This document shows, piece after piece, positions 29,728 through 39,555 of a stretch of 64,000 nt of DNA. The translations under genes were made by a program, and so were the position numbers. Positions within the stretch are counted from its first letter, which is position 1. Every line of letters begins with the position of its first letter. Under the pieces are notes generated by a model, which was given only the letters and a program-made list of their open reading frames with translations, did no database searches and was not told the DNA's origin. This DNA comes from Gemmatimonadota bacterium (lineage in GTDB: Bacteria; Latescibacterota; UBA2968; UBA8231): the NCBI GenBank assembly GCA_038128265.1, contig JAYPJE010000019.1, positions 10,937 through 74,936 of the forward strand. The letters are read 5' to 3'.

Positions 29728-30549
29728 ATGCCCCTACGAAGCCTGGACCCCTTTTTCTCTTTTGCCCAAGGTGATGTAGATCTAGCGCAGGGCGCACTCC
29801 TCATAGCACGAGAAGCGCGCCCCGACTTGGATGAATCTCACTATTTGCACATCTTGGACCAGTGGGCCGATGATTTTGCCGCGCGGACCATGGGCCGATC
29901 GGCCGCAGAGGCCATCGATCCGTTTAGCACATATGTGTTTGAGGAGCTGGGTTTTCGCGGCAATCAGGAAGCCTACGACGATCCGCAGAACAGCTATATC
30001 GACGCCGTCATAGACCGACGCATCGGCATTCCCATCACGCTTTCGCTGGTCTATATCGAGATCGGTCGACGTCTCGGATTACCGCTTTCCGGAGTCAACT
30101 TTCCCTACCACTTTCTCGTCCGCTGCGACGCGCCGCCCGAACCGATCTTCATCGACCCCTTTGACGGCGGTCGTCGCATTGCCCGCCAGCAGCTCGCCGA
30201 GCGCTTGCCCATAGTCGACGGCGCCCAGCTGCGCTTTTCCGAGCAATATGTAGAGCCTGCATCGCCGCGCGATATCCTCGCGCGCATGCTGCGCAACCTC
30301 AAGCGCATCCACGTGACCGAGCGCCGCCTGCGCGACGCGGTTCGCTGCGGCGAGCGCATTTCCTGGCTGCTGCCAAACGAAGCGGAAAACTATCGCGACT
30401 TGGGCTTCCTATACTACCGCGCACACGAGTATGGAAAGTCAATCGCCGCATTTGAGGAGTATCTGCGCTGGGCAGACGAGCCGCGCGACGAGGAAGAAAT
30501 ACGGCAGAATATACGCGTTATTTCGGGGCGCTTGGGCTTGTTGAACTAG
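29728..30549 (+). CDS. SirB1 / transglutaminase-like-core protein with C-terminal TPR
   Basis: LGFRGN..Y.DPQNS, RRIGIPITLS, GVNFPYHF, FIDPF, ILARMLRNLK, RDLG.LY. Confidence 0.85.
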   Translation: MPLRSLDPFFSFAQGDVDLAQGALLIAREARPDLDESHYLHILDQWADDFAARTMGRSAAEAIDPFSTYVFEELGFRGNQEAYDDPQNSYIDAVIDRRIGIPITLSLVYIEIGRRLGLPLSGVNFPYHFLVRCDAPPEPIFIDPFDGGRRIARQQLAERLPIVDGAQLRFSEQYVEPASPRDILARMLRNLKRIHVTERRLRDAVRCGERISWLLPNEAENYRDLGFLYYRAHEYGKSIAAFEEYLRWADEPRDEEEIRQNIRVISGRLGLLN

Positions 30550-30563
30550 GCGAAATGCCCACT

Positions 30564-32123
30564 CTATGCCATGCGCGGAAGCAGGCTGCCCCACGCATCA
30601 AACTCACCGCTCAAGCGCTGCTTTTTCTCGGCAACCATCTCGCATAGCGCATCGATTTCTCCCTGCAAGCGCCGCAGCGCCTCGGCCCCGGCGCGCTCCA
30701 TTTCGACGGGGGCAACATCCCCCTGCAGATGCTGCAGTATGGCGGCCAGCTGCTCGCGTAGCACTTCCGCTTCTCCAGCCAAGCGCTGGGCGACGTCGCC
30801 CAGCGACCCCCGCAGGGCCTCGACTTCTCGGTGCAGCTGACGACCGCGCTCGCTGACGTTAGCTCCCAACACCTCTACGTCACCGCGCAATTCCGCTCCG
30901 CGCGCAGCGATCAATTCGCTCACTTCGCGCCAGTCGCTGCGCAGCTGAGCACCGCGCTCACCGATGTGCTGCAGCGCACCTTGCCAGTCGGCATCCGCAT
31001 TTTTTACTACGTTTCGACCCGCATCCCCTTCCCCAATGAGCGCTGCACTGCAGGCGCCAATCTGTCTGCGCAAATCGACTAAATCACCGCGCCAGTCTGC
31101 TCCGCGCTTGCCAATTTCAGCGCGCAGGGCCTGCATATCGCTACGCACCCGCTGCAGCGTTTCGGCTACCAGCCCGCCGGATGCAGCCGGCATTTCTGCC
31201 ATCAGCTCACTCATCTGCACGCGCTGCGGAGCAAAAGAAGACCCCACCGCTTTTGCCCTGCTGCGGCGATGGCGGTTGAGGCGCCCTTCCTCGAGGATCT
31301 TATCCGGCACCGGCGTTAGGTCTCCGACTAGGCCGAGGTATGCGAAGCCTTTTAGCACTGCATAGGTGATATCAAACTCGTTGCTAAAAAACCCATTGCG
31401 CGTCGATGCCTGATAGCGGTGGTGGTTGTTGTGCCAACCTTCGCCGAGCGTAATGAGAGCCAGCAGCCAGTGGTTGCGACTCTCATCGCCCGTGTAGTAC
31501 TGCTGTTTTCCCCAGTAGTGCATCAGCGAATTGATCGTATAAGTCGCGTTGCTCAGCAGAAACGTCGACACAAAGTAGCCCCACACGACCCAGTGCCATC
31601 CACCCAGGGCAAAGAGGGCTGCGCCAAGGGCAATGGGCGGAACAAACCAAAGACGTTCGACGAGGCGGAGTTCGGGGAAGCGTGCCAACTCGGGCACCAT
31701 CTCCAGATCGGTATCGGCGCTTTCCTCGTAGAGAAACCACAGCCAATGGGCGTGCCAAAACCCCTCGCGCGAATTGTGCGGATCTTCCTGGCCATCGCTT
31801 TCCCGATGATGCACGCGATGATGAGCGGCCCACCACAGGGCGCCCTTCTGCGTTGCCGTAGCACCCCAAACGGCGGCAACAAACTGCATTACGCGCCCCA
31901 TTCGGTAGGTTCGATGAGAGAAGTAGCGGTGGTAAAATCCCGTTATGGCAAACATCCGCACGACGTACGTTAGCATGCAGAGCGCAACACCCGTCCAAGA
32001 AAAGTGGGTGGTAAATACGAGTAGAACCGAAAGCTGTAGGAGTATAAAAGGGAGGATGGATACCGTTAGCGTACCGCGACGAGTGCGCCATAAAACCAAC
32101 GAATGGGTCGAGCCTTTGTTCAT
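30564..32123 (-). CDS. Membrane acyl-CoA (delta-9-type) desaturase with a C-terminal amphipathic repeat extension of about 220 aa
   Basis: His boxes YHRYFSH, HHRVHH, GEGWHNNHH; helical tail with 18-residue repeats. Confidence 0.88.
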   Translation of the reverse strand: MNKGSTHSLVLWRTRRGTLTVSILPFILLQLSVLLVFTTHFSWTGVALCMLTYVVRMFAITGFYHRYFSHRTYRMGRVMQFVAAVWGATATQKGALWWAAHHRVHHRESDGQEDPHNSREGFWHAHWLWFLYEESADTDLEMVPELARFPELRLVERLWFVPPIALGAALFALGGWHWVVWGYFVSTFLLSNATYTINSLMHYWGKQQYYTGDESRNHWLLALITLGEGWHNNHHRYQASTRNGFFSNEFDITYAVLKGFAYLGLVGDLTPVPDKILEEGRLNRHRRSRAKAVGSSFAPQRVQMSELMAEMPAASGGLVAETLQRVRSDMQALRAEIGKRGADWRGDLVDLRRQIGACSAALIGEGDAGRNVVKNADADWQGALQHIGERGAQLRSDWREVSELIAARGAELRGDVEVLGANVSERGRQLHREVEALRGSLGDVAQRLAGEAEVLREQLAAILQHLQGDVAPVEMERAGAEALRRLQGEIDALCEMVAEKKQRLSGEFDAWGSLLPRMA

Positions 32124-32306
32124 CGTGTCTTTGCAATCTCCTTGGACGGTAAAAAGGGGCGGCGCAGCACGGCCACGTCGTCCATTAAGATACGACGACG
32201 AACAATGTGTGCAACTGCGCCTACACGCACCATTTGAGCCCTGCGCACCCTCTGTCTATACTTTGCTCGACAAGCGCATAACCACTCAACAAAACAGGAT
32301 CATCTC

Positions 32307-34265
32307 ATGGCGCGCACCGGCTATCAACACATCGTCCACGACTACTACATCGAGCGACTGCGAGCCGTGGCCGCAAAACGTCAGCACGCCCTGCGCTCTC
32401 TGCGCACGCGCACCCAAGCACTGCGCTACCGCGACGACGCGCGACGCGCCATCGCCCGCGCCTTTGCTCCGCGCCCGCGCAAGACGCCGCTCAACGCGCG
32501 CATCACCGGCTGCGTAGAGCAGCGCCACTATCGGATAGAGAAAGTGCTCTTTGAAAGCAGACCGGGCAGCGTGGTCAGCGCCCACCTGTACCTGCCCAAG
32601 AGAGAGGGCCCCGTTCCGGCCGTGCTGGGCACTTGCGGACACGACGCGGCTGGCATTCAGGCCGAACTATACCAAGCATTCTGCCAGCGCTTGGTTCGCG
32701 CCGGCTTTGCCGTGCTGATCTACGATCCCGTAAACCAGGGCGAACGCGACCAGTACTGGCACCTGCCCGACCGCAGCGCGGTTGCCTCCTGCACGCACGC
32801 GCACAATATGATGGGCAAGCAGCTGGAACTAGTCGGCGAGTTTTTTGGCGCCTGGCGCGTTTGGGATGGCGTGCGTGCCCTCGACTACCTTCTCACGCGC
32901 CCCGAGGTCGATCCAACCCGCGTCGGACTGACCGGCAACTCCGGCGGCGGCACCGTCTCCACATGGCTGTGGGCACTCGACGAACGCATCACCATGGTAG
33001 CACCCAGCTGCTTTGTCACGACGTTTCTCCACAACCTAGAAAACGAGCTGCCCGCCGATTCCGAGCAGTATCCGCCCGGCGTTATCGGCGCCGGCCTCGA
33101 TCTGGCCGACTTTCTCATTGCCCGCGCTCCGGCCCCTGCCCTGCTCCTGGGACAGCACTACGATTTCTTTGATCGCCGCGGACTGGACCAGGCCTTTGCC
33201 GACGTTGCCCGCTTTTACGACCTGCTGGGGGCGCCGCGCGCGCACCGCGACCTGTTTATCGGCCCCCAAGGGCACGGTTTTTCGCACCACAACCAGGAGG
33301 CGATGGTCGCGTTCTTTGCCCAGCATGCCCAGCTCGATCAACCGCCGCGCGTCAGCAAGACAGTGGCCTTGGACGCAACCGCGCTGAACACCACGCCTAG
33401 CGGCAACACCGTGGCCGCCGGCGCAGAGCCCATCTATGACTGGATCAGGCGGCGCGCCGACCAGCTGGCCCAGAGGCGCTCGACGCCGGGCAAAGAGCCG
33501 CTGAAAAAGCGCCTGCGCTCTCTGCTACACCTGCCGCGACGCGGCGCCGCACCGCACTATCGCGTGCTGCGACCCCAGCGCGTGGAAGGAGCAATGTGCG
33601 CGCGCTACGCAGTGGAAAGCGAAGCGAATGTGCGCGCCATTCTCCACAAGCGCCTAGCCGACGCAGCGCGTGGTCACACCCTCGATGTAGAGCGGCAGGT
33701 CCAACTCTACCTGCCGCACCTACGCGCTGCAACCGAGCTGCCCGGCCTCCTACCAGAAACAGCACCCGTGTACGGATTGGATCCGCGCGGCCTAGGCGAG
33801 TCGCAGCCCGAGGACAACGACTTCTTTCATCCTTATGGCATGGACTATATGTTCCACGGACATGCCCTGCTGCTCGGAGAAAGCTATTTGGGCCGGCGCG
33901 TGCACGACGCGCTTTCGACGCTCGACCTGCTGGCGGCCGAAGGCGCGCGCACAATTCACCTGCACGGACGCGGACAGGGAGCGCTGATCGCCCTATGTGC
34001 CGGCCTGCTGCACGAGCGCAGCGGCACGGTCACGCTTTACAACGCGCCGCTGTCCTATGCCGCGTGGTGCAGCGCTCCGCTCGTATCGTGGCCAGCCGCT
34101 AACTTTCTACGCGGCGCGCTGCGCTACTTCGATCTGCCCGATCTCTATCGCGCCCTGGGCAAGCGACTGCAGCTGATCGAACCATGGGGACCGGACATGC
34201 AGCCGCTGCGCGGCAAGGCGCTGCGCAACGCGCTGAACGCAGCGGGACTCGTGCTGCGAGCTTAG
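32307..34265 (+). CDS. Two-domain alpha/beta hydrolase (acetylxylan-esterase-like)
   Basis: IEKVLFESRPG, GTCGH, QGER, RALDYLLTRPEVD..RVGLTGNSGGG; degenerate second domain (DPRGLGE, GRGQG). Confidence 0.8.
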   Translation: MARTGYQHIVHDYYIERLRAVAAKRQHALRSLRTRTQALRYRDDARRAIARAFAPRPRKTPLNARITGCVEQRHYRIEKVLFESRPGSVVSAHLYLPKREGPVPAVLGTCGHDAAGIQAELYQAFCQRLVRAGFAVLIYDPVNQGERDQYWHLPDRSAVASCTHAHNMMGKQLELVGEFFGAWRVWDGVRALDYLLTRPEVDPTRVGLTGNSGGGTVSTWLWALDERITMVAPSCFVTTFLHNLENELPADSEQYPPGVIGAGLDLADFLIARAPAPALLLGQHYDFFDRRGLDQAFADVARFYDLLGAPRAHRDLFIGPQGHGFSHHNQEAMVAFFAQHAQLDQPPRVSKTVALDATALNTTPSGNTVAAGAEPIYDWIRRRADQLAQRRSTPGKEPLKKRLRSLLHLPRRGAAPHYRVLRPQRVEGAMCARYAVESEANVRAILHKRLADAARGHTLDVERQVQLYLPHLRAATELPGLLPETAPVYGLDPRGLGESQPEDNDFFHPYGMDYMFHGHALLLGESYLGRRVHDALSTLDLLAAEGARTIHLHGRGQGALIALCAGLLHERSGTVTLYNAPLSYAAWCSAPLVSWPAANFLRGALRYFDLPDLYRALGKRLQLIEPWGPDMQPLRGKALRNALNAAGLVLRA

Positions 34266-35083
34266 TCTTCCCAGCGAAACTGCGGACGCCAGCCCAAGAC
34301 GCGCTGAGCGCGCCGACCGTCGACCAACGCACAGTAGGGATCGCGTTCAAACGACTCATCGCCGCGCCACTCGATATGGGGCAGCAGCTTTTCCACCCAC
34401 GCTCTGCTGGTCAGGACGCGCGATGAAATATCTTCGGCTACGACCAGCAGCGCCTCGTGGCCGGGGTCTGGACAGGTCAGCGCACAGACGGTGGCACGCG
34501 CCAAATCTTCTACGTGTATGTAGCAGCCGTACTCCCAATAGGGCATCCACTCCGACTCGGGCTTTTCGGCGCGCGCCTGTCGCGTAGCCGCTATGCGCTC
34601 GTCGGAGAGCACGGCGGGGGGGCGAATGCAGACCGTCGCAATACCCGTGCGCTCGGTAAAGAGTCGGCAGATCTGCTCGCCCAGGTATTTAGACATGCCG
34701 TAGGGCCGGCCCGGCCGACAGGCGTGCTCTTCGGCAAAGGGCAAATAGTCCGGCACAGACTCGCCCATGAAGATTCCCATCGCATTGACGCTGCTGTAGT
34801 GGACAACGCGCTGAATGCCGTGCCGTTCGGCCGCATCCAGCACATTCCAGGTTCCGACGCTGCCGCTGGCAAAGACCTGATCGCGCGGATTGTCGCGTCC
34901 CATCAGCATGGCCAAATGCGCCACGGCATCGCAGCCTTCCATCGCCCGCACAACGGCTTCTGGATCGAGTATATCGCCACCCGCCGCGATATCAAAGCCG
35001 ACGACTTCGTGTCCCCCTTCGCCGAGTTGGCGCTCGACCACCGAACCAATCCCCCCCCTGTTGCCCGTTAGAAAAACCTTCAT
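34262..35083 (-). CDS. NAD-dependent epimerase/dehydratase
   Basis: LTGNRGGIG, YSS, PYGMSK, IHVEDLA. Confidence 0.85.
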   Translation of the reverse strand: MKVFLTGNRGGIGSVVERQLGEGGHEVVGFDIAAGGDILDPEAVVRAMEGCDAVAHLAMLMGRDNPRDQVFASGSVGTWNVLDAAERHGIQRVVHYSSVNAMGIFMGESVPDYLPFAEEHACRPGRPYGMSKYLGEQICRLFTERTGIATVCIRPPAVLSDERIAATRQARAEKPESEWMPYWEYGCYIHVEDLARATVCALTCPDPGHEALLVVAEDISSRVLTSRAWVEKLLPHIEWRGDESFERDPYCALVDGRRAQRVLGWRPQFRWED

Positions 35084-35163
35084 TGCACCTTCTCCATGTT
35101 AATGTATCTTGACGCCCCTCGCGCCGATTCCTACTCTAACGCGCACAAGCCAGGAGGAATAAT

Positions 35164-36279
35164 ATGCCCAAGCTCTTTGGACGCAACTACACCAAGCGTC
35201 AGCTGCTCGATCGCGTCGGCGACGTGAGTCAGCTGATCTACGCGCGCCGCGGTCGCACCGACGAAGGCTTTAGCCAAGGCGCCGACCTTATCGAAGTCGG
35301 CAATGCATCGGGACTCCACTTCAGCATCCTGCCCGGACGCGCCCTCGACATCGCCTCCGCTTCCTATAAGGGCCAGTCGCTGTGCTTTCGCTCCAGCCCG
35401 GGGGACGTCGGTCCCGCCTTTTACGACCCGCGCGGCTTTGCCTGGCTGCGCGGCTGGTTTGGCGGCTTGGTCACTTCGTGCGGAATGACGTTTACCGGCC
35501 ATCCCGAGACCGACCCCGAATTAGAAAACGAAGAGATGCCGCTGCACGGACGCCTGTCCTATATACCCGCACGCGAGGTCTCGATTGGTGGCGACTGGAG
35601 CGGCGATGACTACAGCCTGCGCATCGGCGGCAAAATGCGCGAGGCCGTAGTCTTTGGCACCAACTTAGAGCTCACGCGCGAAATATCGACGACGTTGGGC
35701 GAAAAATGCATCCGCATTCGCGACCGCATTGAAAACCTGAGCGTCGACCCTTCTCCGCTGATGTTTGTCTACCACTGCAACCCCGGCTTCCCGCTGCTCG
35801 ACGCGGGCACACGCCTCGTGCTGCACAGCCGCCTGAGCACCGAGTGGCTCGAAGACCGCGCCGTGGGACCAGAAGAGTACGCCGTTGCCAAAGGGCCGCA
35901 GGCCAAGGAGCACGACAACGTATTCGTGCACCGACCGCTAGCAGACCGCAGCGGCACCGTGCACGTCGCGCTGATCAACGACCGCATAGAACTGGGCCTC
36001 TACTGGAAATTCAAGCGCAGCGAAATACCGCTGGTCAACCAGTGGCAGCACTTTCACAGAGGCACCTATGTAACGGGAATTGAACCGGGCAACGCATCCA
36101 TGCTGGGACGCGCCTGGAACCGCAAACACGGCTACTTACAGCACATTCAAGCCGGCGAAGTCCGCGAGTTTAACATGGAAATCGGCGTACTCGACGGTGC
36201 GCGAGAAATCAGTCGCTTTGAGCGAGAAGTTGCCAATGGCTTAGCCACACATCGCAACCGCAAGGCCAAGCGCAGCTAG
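35164..36279 (+). CDS. DUF4432 / aldose-1-epimerase-fold protein
   Basis: ILPGRALDI, GGLVTSCG, LHGR, YHCNPGFPLLD, YVTGIEP; AGGAGG RBS; TTGACG-N17-TACTCT at 35109-35137. Confidence 0.82.
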   Translation: MPKLFGRNYTKRQLLDRVGDVSQLIYARRGRTDEGFSQGADLIEVGNASGLHFSILPGRALDIASASYKGQSLCFRSSPGDVGPAFYDPRGFAWLRGWFGGLVTSCGMTFTGHPETDPELENEEMPLHGRLSYIPAREVSIGGDWSGDDYSLRIGGKMREAVVFGTNLELTREISTTLGEKCIRIRDRIENLSVDPSPLMFVYHCNPGFPLLDAGTRLVLHSRLSTEWLEDRAVGPEEYAVAKGPQAKEHDNVFVHRPLADRSGTVHVALINDRIELGLYWKFKRSEIPLVNQWQHFHRGTYVTGIEPGNASMLGRAWNRKHGYLQHIQAGEVREFNMEIGVLDGAREISRFEREVANGLATHRNRKAKRS

Positions 36280-37442
36280 GCAGTCGACGGCGCGCTGTCG
36301 GCAGCAAAGCGTCGGTAGAGCGCGACGATGCGCGCCGTGACCTGCTCTTCCATATAGCGTTCTCGCACGCGCAACAGACCGGCCTGCGCCCACTCGGCGC
36401 GCCGGTCGCCATCGGCCAATAGTGCATTGACTACGGCGCTAAAGGCCTCTACGTCTCGCAGCGGAAAGAGCGCGCCCGTGCGGCCGTCGATAATAACTTC
36501 GCGACAGCCGCGAATATCGGTGGCGGCCACCGGCGTCCCCATGGCCGCCGCCTCGATAATGCAGCGCGGCAACCCTTCGCGATATGAGGGCAGCACGCAC
36601 AGGTCCATGCTCATATAGAGTTCGGGCATGTCCTGGCGATCTTCGAGCAAAACGCAGCGATCCGCCACATCGTACTGGCGCGCCAAGGCCTGCGCATCAA
36701 CGGCATCGGACTGATCGCGCCGCTCGGGAATGCCCACCAACAGAAAGCGCGCACGCCTGTTCTGGCGCGCCACGCGTGCAGCCATTTCAAAAAACTCTAC
36801 GCAGCCTTTCTCGCGCACTAGCCTAGTGACCATACCCACGACTAGATCATCTTCAGCAAGGCCAAGCTCTCGGCGCTTTTCCGCGCGCGCATTCGGATAG
36901 CGCTGTCGGTCAAAGCGTCGCTCATCGACGCCGTTGCCGATCCAGTGCAGGCGACTCTTTTCTTTAAAGCGCGCCTCGACCGCATACGCGTAATCGGCTT
37001 CGCTCTGAAATAGCAGATGATCAGACCAGTGAGCGCACCAGCGCTCGGCAGCCACCGCAGCCGCCCGGTGCACGCCGCGGCTATTTTCGTTAAAGAGAAA
37101 TCCGTGTACGGTATGCACGACCAGCGGCGTGCGCGCCCACTGCGCCGTCACTGGACCGAGCAACGTGCCCTTTGGATTGTGTGAATGGGCAATATCGAAA
37201 CGGCCTTCACGCAGCGCGCGGCGCAGCGCCAACACACAGCGCCCATCCGTCCACGGCGCCACTTCGCGCGCGAAGGGAATGGGGATTACTTCAAGTCCGC
37301 AGGCTCGCAGCGGCTCGACATAACCGCGATCGCCGCAGATAACCGCCACGTGAAACCCGTGCTCGCGCAGGCGCATCAGGCGCGCGCGCATCAGGTAAGC
37401 TACGCGGTCGGTGGGAAATACGTGGGCTACGCGCGCACTCAT
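36276..37442 (-). CDS. Glycosyltransferase family 4
   Basis: HSHNPKG, HTVHG, GNGVD, RLVREKG, LPSYREGLPR..IEAAAMG.PV.ATDIRG. Confidence 0.9.
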   Translation of the reverse strand: MSARVAHVFPTDRVAYLMRARLMRLREHGFHVAVICGDRGYVEPLRACGLEVIPIPFAREVAPWTDGRCVLALRRALREGRFDIAHSHNPKGTLLGPVTAQWARTPLVVHTVHGFLFNENSRGVHRAAAVAAERWCAHWSDHLLFQSEADYAYAVEARFKEKSRLHWIGNGVDERRFDRQRYPNARAEKRRELGLAEDDLVVGMVTRLVREKGCVEFFEMAARVARQNRRARFLLVGIPERRDQSDAVDAQALARQYDVADRCVLLEDRQDMPELYMSMDLCVLPSYREGLPRCIIEAAAMGTPVAATDIRGCREVIIDGRTGALFPLRDVEAFSAVVNALLADGDRRAEWAQAGLLRVRERYMEEQVTARIVALYRRFAADSAPSTA

Positions 37443-37449
37443 CGGCGCG

Positions 37450-38292
37450 CTATATCCCGGCCTGCACCCACACGTCGTTCAGAGCTAGGGCCGTAGCCGC
37501 CACCGCGTCTTCGCGGTCCATCTGGCGCACGCGCTCGCTGAACGGCTCGACCATCACCGGGCCCTCGTAGCCAATCTGCCGTATGGTCGAAAGAAACGCG
37601 ACGATGTCGATGACGCCGGTCTCGCCCGGCAGCGTGCGTCGATTGTCCATCTGCTCGTCAACGGCCACCCCGGCCGGCGCATCGTTGACGTGGACATCTA
37701 CGATCTGCTCGACCGACAGCGCGCGCAGATCGTCGGCGCTCTCCTCCGACGTATACCAGTGCCAGCTGTCTAGTAAAAAGCCGACGTTGCTACCCACGGC
37801 AGCGCAGAGCTCACCCATTTGCTGCATCGTATGGGCAAAGGGGTATTTCTTAGTCGACCAAGCCGTTTTCGGACCGACGTACTCCAGCCCCAGGCGAATG
37901 CCGTGTGCCGCAAGGACGGCCGCACACGGCTTTAGACGCGCCACGTGAAAGCGGAAATTTTCCTCATAGGTTAGCTCGTCGGAGGCTGGCGCAATCCAGG
38001 TAGCCGTGCGCAGAACGCCCAACTCGGCCGCAACCTCAGCCAGCGCCGGCAGGCGCGCTAGGTCGGCTTCGTACGTCGCTTCGTCCTGACGAAAGTTGGT
38101 CGGAAAGCCCCAGGCAGACAGGCGCACACCCGCCCGTTCGGCCAGGTCCGCCGTCTGTGCAACGCCGAGTTCGGCAGCCTCAGCAATGGAAAAGTGGTAG
38201 CCCTCAAAGCCGTGGCGCCGAGCCAAATCCAACCCATCGGCCAACCCATCTACCTGGGCGCCAAGCGCCCCGGGCGCGAGCGAGCGAAACAT
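37450..38292 (-). CDS. Sugar-phosphate isomerase/epimerase (xylose-isomerase-like TIM barrel)
   Basis: LGLEY, LLDSWHW, VHVND, PGETGVID, GYEGPVMVEPF; AGGAG RBS before ATG 38292. Confidence 0.8.
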   Translation of the reverse strand: MFRSLAPGALGAQVDGLADGLDLARRHGFEGYHFSIAEAAELGVAQTADLAERAGVRLSAWGFPTNFRQDEATYEADLARLPALAEVAAELGVLRTATWIAPASDELTYEENFRFHVARLKPCAAVLAAHGIRLGLEYVGPKTAWSTKKYPFAHTMQQMGELCAAVGSNVGFLLDSWHWYTSEESADDLRALSVEQIVDVHVNDAPAGVAVDEQMDNRRTLPGETGVIDIVAFLSTIRQIGYEGPVMVEPFSERVRQMDREDAVAATALALNDVWVQAGI

Positions 38293-38302
38293 AGCATCTC
38301 TC

Positions 38303-39265
38303 CTATATAGCCACGTTGTTTTGCGGTCGCCCCTCGAGAAAGGCGATGACATTGTCGACGGCCCCTTCGTTGAGCAATTCGACCCCCTCCGGCGTTTGGT
38401 CGGCCGCATGCGGCGTCAGCACGACCTGCTCACACTGCAAAATTGGGTGGTTGGCCGGCAGCGGCTCCTGCGGAAAGACGTCGAGTCCGGCACCCCCTAC
38501 GTGACCGGCGTGCAGGCTCGCACACAGGGCATCGATATCGAGAACGTCGCCGCGCGCGCCGTTGAGTAGCAGCGCTCCCTCTTTCATACGCGCCAGTTCG
38601 CCCGCGCCGATCAAGTGGTGGGAATCGGGCGTCAGCTTTACGTGCAAACTCACGACATCAGCCGTCGACAGCAGCTCGTCTAGCTCGACAAAGCGCACGC
38701 CCAGCGCACGCGCGCGTTCGGGCGAGGGATTGAACGTCCAAGCGATCACTTCCATGCCGATGGCCCGTCCCAAGCGCGCCATCTCGGCGCCAATCGCCCC
38801 AGTGCCCACGATGCCGAGCACCTTTTTCTGCAGCATGGTATTCATGCGGCGAGTCCAACGACCCGCTTTGAGCTCGGCCGTTTGAAAATGCGCCCGTTTT
38901 GACAGGGCAAACATCAGGCCAAACATGTGTTCTGCTACGACCGGAGCCGTGCGTCCCGGCTGGTTTGACACGACAATACCCAGCTCCTTGGCAAGGACCA
39001 GATCGATCATATCTGTGCCAATAGAACAGGTCGTTATCATCTTTAAATTGGGCAGAGAGCGCAGCTCATCGCGCCAGGTGACGACGCCGCGCGAGTTGAT
39101 GATGATCTGTGCATCCTGCACGCGCGCTATTTTTTCGGCGCTGTCTGCAGGGCTCTCGTCGTATACGACTACGTCGCCGTAGTCCCGCAGGCGCTCTAGG
39201 TGGGGCGAGCCGGCGATTTGCACCGGATCGTCACCGGGCACGACAATGCTAACGCGTTCCGACAT
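38303..39265 (-). CDS. D-isomer-specific 2-hydroxyacid dehydrogenase (SerA/glycerate-dehydrogenase-like)
   Basis: VAEH, LGIVGTGAIG, DVVSLH, LNGARG, GLDVF..EP, LTPHAA; GGAGG RBS before ATG 39265. Confidence 0.88.
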   Translation of the reverse strand: MSERVSIVVPGDDPVQIAGSPHLERLRDYGDVVVYDESPADSAEKIARVQDAQIIINSRGVVTWRDELRSLPNLKMITTCSIGTDMIDLVLAKELGIVVSNQPGRTAPVVAEHMFGLMFALSKRAHFQTAELKAGRWTRRMNTMLQKKVLGIVGTGAIGAEMARLGRAIGMEVIAWTFNPSPERARALGVRFVELDELLSTADVVSLHVKLTPDSHHLIGAGELARMKEGALLLNGARGDVLDIDALCASLHAGHVGGAGLDVFPQEPLPANHPILQCEQVVLTPHAADQTPEGVELLNEGAVDNVIAFLEGRPQNNVAI

Positions 39266-39555
39266 AGTTCCTCCGCTCAATTGCTGGTGATATGGCTTTT
39301 TTCTATTTTGGCAGCGAACACAATATAGGCAAGCAGCATCCCACCTTCCAGAGTCTGAGGTTAGAGACCATGCTGAGAGAGCCCATTGCCCCGGCGCGTG
39401 AGCAACGCGTCTCGCACAACGTGCTCGCGCCCTGCCCGACGGCACGGCGCGGCAGCAGACCACGTGCCTCGATCCGACCATCTTGGGCCTCAGCGCCCAT
39501 GTCCTAATCGCCACATCACCCCAGCAAAACATCAAACGGGGAGTCCGGTTCTACT

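Noticed and set aside
39441..39453. 13-mer GGCACGGCGCGGC also found near 60487
   Set aside because: A GC-rich 13-mer match is expected by chance in 64 kb; flanks are not similar.
39266..39555. 290-bp intergenic region as an ncRNA or small ORF
   Set aside because: Only weak GC hairpins and no recognisable RNA family; the short ORFs have no supporting signals.
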